From Octopus vulgaris (lineage: Eukaryota), in the NCBI GenBank assembly GCA_951406725.2, contig OX597832.1, forward strand, positions 66,898,001-66,962,000: a stretch of DNA of 64,000 bases, given 5' to 3'. The stretch's first letter is position 1; every line of letters starts with the position of its first letter. The notes under the pieces were generated by a model. The model was not told where the DNA came from. It saw nothing but the letters and a program-made list of their open reading frames with translations, and did no database searches. A program made the position numbers and the translations under genes. This document shows positions 57,919 to 64,000 of this stretch, one piece after another.

Positions 57919-60900
57919 AATCGTAATACCATGCAGTTTCCAATTTGCAGACATGCCTGTACACATGCATACATATATAAAAACATATATAATACATGCA
58001 CATACATAACACACATACACGCCACACAATCACACACACACACGCGCAAACACACACACGCGCGCATATAAAATCCTTGTGGAATAACCAAATTTAATCA
58101 ATAAAAATTATCCATAACACCATAGTATGAAAACCTACCAAATAGCATATTTACGATTGAACAGAATTAAACTTAGCGTAGAAAAGTCGAAAGCATCACA
58201 ACCCGATGATGGATTTGCTGGTCAAACTTCGAACTCACTGACAATAGTATTCTTCTTAAAGAATAATAAATTTGTACTCTACCAAATATATAGAGTAATC
58301 CTTCGATTTAATACAAAATTACTTTTATCATAACGTAAATGCAAACATTTAGTTAATAGCTGCGAATATATTTTCGCGCCAGTAAAACTGCAATCGCTGT
58401 AATAAACACGAGAAGAGTATCTATTGCAGGACATCAGTAATATGTAAACAAAATCCTGACATCTTGATAAAATCTTTGATATTTTTCATTTGAAATTTGA
58501 TAAATTCTGTTGTTTATACTCTGAAATCTGCTGTAAGGATGACCTTAATACCAAATAAACGCTTTGGAAGGAAACGATTTCCGAAATATGATGTTTTTTT
58601 TCTGATCTTCATATCTCTTGAAGAATACTAGTACCAGTTTATCATTTTTTTTTCTCTTTCTTTTTGCGAGTCAATAATATTTCTTTCAAAATTTTCATTT
58701 TGAACGTTCAATCAATATTGCAATGCTATTGAACCATCTGAGCAGAAGTGTAAACACAACTAGTTCTCTTCATATAAGATTACGCTTCAGTCGAACGATT
58801 TCTCTTTACATCGTTACCTGTTTGTATAAACGTTGGGTTCCGATATTTGTTTCTGATAAATATTTCATTAAGAGGGGAAATGTTATAGCATGATATTTCC
58901 ACCAGACTGACCTTTGTATTGTAACAGCTTGAACCCCAAAATGTTAACATCATTTGTAATTTTAATTTGATATATTTCTCAGGTTCATAGCAGAAAGAAT
59001 GTGATTGGGAAGTGCCGCTTAAATCTTTTGTGGAAAGCCAGTGATGCGTTACCAACGATAACACAATAGGAGAGGAAAAAGAGAAAGAGAAGGAAATCGC
59101 AAGCACAAAAATCTATAAAAGAAAACTCATATAATAATTCCAACCAAAAATCTTTTCGTTGAAGTATTGTTTTATAAACTCTGAAAGAATATTAAACTTT
59201 ATCCAAGTAGCGGTACAATATTTGTCCGAGATATTAACAACTTTAATGTAATTATGATTTCAGTTTTGTAAATATTTTTTCTTTTTAAATTGAATTAGTT
59301 GTTGAACATATTTGTTAATAAAAATATAATAACAATTGATATTTTAATGTCTTTTTCTTGTCTTTATTATATGCTAAATAATAGCCAAAAAAAGATATTG
59401 ACTTAATATTTGTCTGTTTTCAGAAATTAGATGACAAAGCCATTTCTTATGAAACTTGTTTCATTTTTCTATATATTAACAAGCAACAGAGTCTTTATAA
59501 TTTATATCATCGACATTATTCATCCAAATCTTTCTACTGTGAACGTCCGTTGATTATTTCTATATGAGGTTATTAAATGACTTAATCAGGGGATGAAGAC
59601 CGAGTCTCTTCAATGTTTTTTCTTAGAAAGTTGACAGCGCTGGAAAGAATGGAGATTGTTAGCAAATGGAAAACTTCCTCCAAATACTTACCATAGTGTT
59701 TACTCAGCTAAGAATACACAAGAAACAACAATAATAAGCTGCTCAATGGCGTTTCTCTACTTTGCACATCACCATAGAAACAGCTCCCCCAATGGAGTTG
59801 CCATCTACTAAATTTTAGTGACTCGAGAATTCAGCCTAGGATATAGAGTGTACCACATAGTGAAAACTAATCGGAAACATCACTATAGTAGATCCAACGT
59901 GTGAACTGCAAAGACATATAAAAAGGGACATAATACTAGTTACTTAAGTGAAATATTGCAATCGAACTAACTTAATTTTTCCTTCTGTAAAATCCACTTT
60001 ATTCTACATCGACGGGAAAGACCAAGGGTGATGGATATGTCCATTTGTTTTTAAATTTACATTTTCGTATCCATTTTTAATTGTTGTTATCCATGCATGT
60101 TATAGTGGTTGCTGGAAGGCAACGCTTAAATATAATTTGTTAGATGGCTCTGTAAGGCTTTTCCTGTCAGAAAGTTCCAATATAAAAATTTCAAAAGTTT
60201 GAATATAATTATTTATCCTTTTTAAACACTTAAGCTAATGCACTTCATGCTATGCTTGTATAATACTGCTTTCTCAAGGGAGAATATAATTTAAGTTTAA
60301 TAAATCGTAGTAGTAAGTGACACAATTGATAATTCATTGTAACAGTTAAATATAACACTTTGAAGTATCTGTCATTATCGTTGCCTCTCCACAGGCGAGT
60401 ATTGGCGAACAGAATGACATATGATTAATTATATTCTTTAAACGGAGTCTCATTCCTTTATTTTGTAGGCCAAGTTAGTACACGAAGTGGGGATGGGTAC
60501 TATAACAGCTAAAGTCATCTATGTTCTCGGAAGGAGGTCGGCGTTACCAAAATAACCAGACACAAGGAAACATTTTAAATAGTACACACATATTTAATTC
60601 TATAATGATTGGCCGTTCTCCGGGTCATTTTACAAAGCCTAATGCGAAAAACGGTGCAAATGATTGATAAAAAATATGCCAAGTGTACAACATCGTTTCA
60701 CTTGATCTTTGTAAATATTTTATTATCTTCTGTTTTTCCCGTTCAATTCTGATATGAGGGTGATTTAGTTGTCATCTGTAACAGATCAAGTGACTGCATA
60801 GAAGCTTCTTGAACAACTACGATCTCCTGTAACAATGGTTCTAGGATGAGTAGCAGATTAACATCGACATACATGCTGAGTGGCATTTATTTTATAGACC

Positions 60901-62711
60901 CCGGAAGATTTTAAAATAATTGCCCTTGGTGTGATTCGGACTGGATGTAGCAAGTTTCAAGGTACATTTCTGAGGCTTGCTCAGGTCTGCCAATGTACAG
61001 TTGAGTGACAAATAACAACGCCATAGTGTCCCGATAGTGTTTCCAATTATGGTTGAAGATCAACAATTTTATAGGGAGGAGAGTTATTTTATCGCTCTCG
61101 ATTAAGCGAAACTTAAAGTTGACCTCATCGTGAGATCAGTGTAAATGGGATTTTGTTCTCACAAATTATGAGGTGGTAATTCGCAGAGACAATGTAAAAG
61201 AAATTGTAGGTGTTTAAACCAAACATATAACGTTTTGCATAATAATTGGGATGTTAGGCTCATGAATGTAAGCATATCGAGCCAGATCCCTGGACCACTC
61301 GCTACGCGTGTGTTTGTGTCTCTATGTCTAGTGATTACACAGAGATTTAAATCAAATTGTGACAGCATGGTACATACTGGCAAATCATGTTCGGTTGTAG
61401 ATGTCTATGTTTAATAATGTGAGACGAGCTCACAAATTAAAACCAATGACATATAAGATTTCTCACAGAAAGAAAATGCTAGATATTAGTAACATACAGA
61501 GATATATGCAATGCAATTCCTTTTCAAGTAGTTATCTGAAAAAACGTTGCCTTTGAAAGAATATAACACTAGATTTCATGATATGTTTTCTTTCCGTTGT
61601 TATATGTTTATCAATGGTGATACTCTCTATTATGTCATTGATATATCACTGAGCGGTGATGTTATTTTTGATATTATATCATGCTACAGGATATCATATT
61701 CAGATTATCAACACACATGCAAGCCACACGCCAGCGTGTACTGGCGATAGGTTGTTATATAGTTTTATTTCTGTTTTGCTAAAATATTGATATTACCAGC
61801 GAATGCATCTTCGCTTGAGAACGTTATACAAAATCATAAAACGATTGCAAGCTCGAGTGCTGTGGAGGATGAAATCTGATCTTACACTGAAAAATATAGA
61901 CATTGATATAAAGTTTTGAGTTTTCAACTTTGCCTTCTATACCGTTAGCAGCGTCGGCTACATACCATATCACAGACCAGTTAGTGAAAATGTGAGACGG
62001 AATCAATAATCGCAGATATAAAAGTTGAAATTGTATATATTATATATTATGTAAAATGTAGCTATATTTATAGATGTAGATATATGATTTTGTATTTTCA
62101 TATCTGTTTATTTAGAATTCACATAATTTCTACATTGCTTACCAAAGCCCTAGAAAATTATGTCTCAAAAATTGGATTAATAAAACTGAGGAAACAAAGG
62201 AAAAGTAGAAATGCATAAAAACCATTAAAATTTTTGTAAAAAAAGGCAAGAACAATAAAAGGCAACGCTTCTATATTAACTTAAATGTTCACTACCCATA
62301 GATAATCAAAGTCCTTCACAATACCGATCACCGCCAGTCCCAGCACATTATAGAGACGGAGTGCTCTGAAACTTTCATTAAGCACGTTTAGACTTCACCG
62401 AGAGCATAAGTCTCACATTTTGGGTATAATACTGATTTAATAGTTAACTCAAATTTAGTATATCTTTGCCAGATGTATGACATAGAGGTGTGTGTACACG
62501 ACAATTGTCCCCTCCTCAAAAGGCTTTGAACACTTCTTGGAATTGTAGAAAGCATTCAAAGGGTTTATTCGTTCTCCATCGGCGTTTCGGTCAAGTGTAC
62601 AGCAGCTGGGATATATGTGTGTGTGTGTGTATGTACGTGCGTGTGTGTGTATGTGTGTGCATGTCTGTGTATGCATATATATGTATACATATGTATACAT
62701 ATGCATGCATG

Positions 62712-63120
62712 TATATAACTTTTAAACATGACGTCAAACATTAAGACAATGCAAATATCTCAACTCATATACGATATTATTACGGGAAGAAATTCAAAAT
62801 CTTACAGCTGTTTCTGGGATATCCTTTAGTATAGGATATTCCGCCTTCAGAGAGAAATTGGGGAAAAATATAGAAAGTGAGAATGGTATATATGAATAAG
62901 ATGTCAACCTATAGGAGGGGAGTTTCTATGTTATCATCCAAATGATATATACCATTCTTATTTTCAATATTTTACTCCAATTTGTTGACGGAATAAGCCA
63001 TAGTTGAGGATATCCTAGAAACAACTGCAAGATTTTGAATTTCTTCCTGTAATAATATCGTATAAGTCTTGAGATGTTTGCCTTGCCTTAATGTTTGACG
63101 TCATGTTCAACAATTATGTA
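62712..63120. mobile_element. Inverted pair of PLE pLTR-like arms, each with a hammerhead motif
   Basis: About 62712-62895 is an imperfect reverse complement of about 62943-63120. 62800-62853 minus reads tct-CTGAAGG-cggaatatcct..aggatatccca-GAAA-cagctg-TA-aga. Confidence 0.75.
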
Positions 63121-63260
63121 TCCGCTGCATCGGAAATCTGGCATGGCTCCATAACTGCGTCTCGGCTATAATCTTGGGGCCCCAATAATCCCTTACAGCA
63201 CTTATCTAGCGTATCTAATTGTTTAGATCACCTGTGAACTGAACCCCAGTACTTTGTATG

Positions 63261-63332
<72 letters not shown>

Positions 63333-63650
63333 CGTGTGTATGTATTTACACATACAAACACACACACATATATATAATTATAAAGCATTGACAGCACTTT
63401 CGGATATCTGTAGACTTGAGCACAACTGTAGACAATGTGATTTGTGGAAGACCAGCAGTCGCTCATGCATACCTTCCCCACACCACTGGATCTGTCCAAG
63501 AGAATGTCAACAACCGAGACAGCTTGGCACTAGTGACGTTGTAACACTTTGCTCAAGAACAGATCACAGCTAGCTCCGGGAATCGAACTCACAATTGTAA
63601 GACCGACATTGTAATCAATGAATCATGCGTTTTCACACACACACACGCAC

Positions 63651-63720
<70 letters not shown>

Positions 63721-63721
<1 letters not shown>

Positions 63722-64000
63722 AGGCTCAATGGCCCAGTGGTTAGGGCAGCGGACTCGCGGTCGTAAGATCGTGGTTTCGATTCCCAGACCGGGCGTTGTG
63801 AGTGTTTATTGAGCGAAAACACCTAAAAGCTCCCCGAGGCTCCGGCAGGGGGTGGTGATCCCTGCTGTACTCTTTCACCACTCTTTCTCCCACTCTTTTT
63901 GCTGTTGGCCTGCTCGCTTAGCCAGCGGGGTGGCGTCATTCGAAGGCTAAAACAATGCGAACGCATTGTGACCAGCGATGTGTAACTACATCTGATGGAC
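63721..64000 (+). mobile_element. tRNA-derived SINE family C (runs off the window end)
   Basis: A box tggcccagtgg and B box ggtttcgattcc in a GC-rich head that follows a (TG)n tract. Confidence 0.75.

Overview
AT-rich, microsatellite-saturated eukaryotic non-coding DNA, most likely an octopus genome; this is inferred from the SINE families and the dense (TA)n/(CA)n/(TAA)n tracts. No host protein-coding gene can be firmly called, and nearly all short ORFs in the track are translations of microsatellites or SINEs. The window holds: a young 5'-truncated CR1-group LINE (30308-34435, minus; ORF1 plus APE-RT ORF2 with one frameshift); a truncated R4/Dong-clade RT-RLE element sitting in (TAA)n (53781-55980, minus); two RTE/BovB-like fragments in inverted orientation; three decayed mariner elements; many tRNA-derived SINEs of at least three families; and several Penelope-like (PLE) remnants. 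About eight loci carry minimal hammerhead ribozyme (HHR) motifs, several with non-canonical cores. The most notable structure is an apparent composite element on the minus strand: a tRNA-derived Pol III head, then (TAA)n, then a hammerhead ribozyme (56308 to about 53345). Its internal TAA tract has been hit by the TAA-targeting Dong element. All alignments were done by eye, so the boundaries of degenerate copies are approximate.
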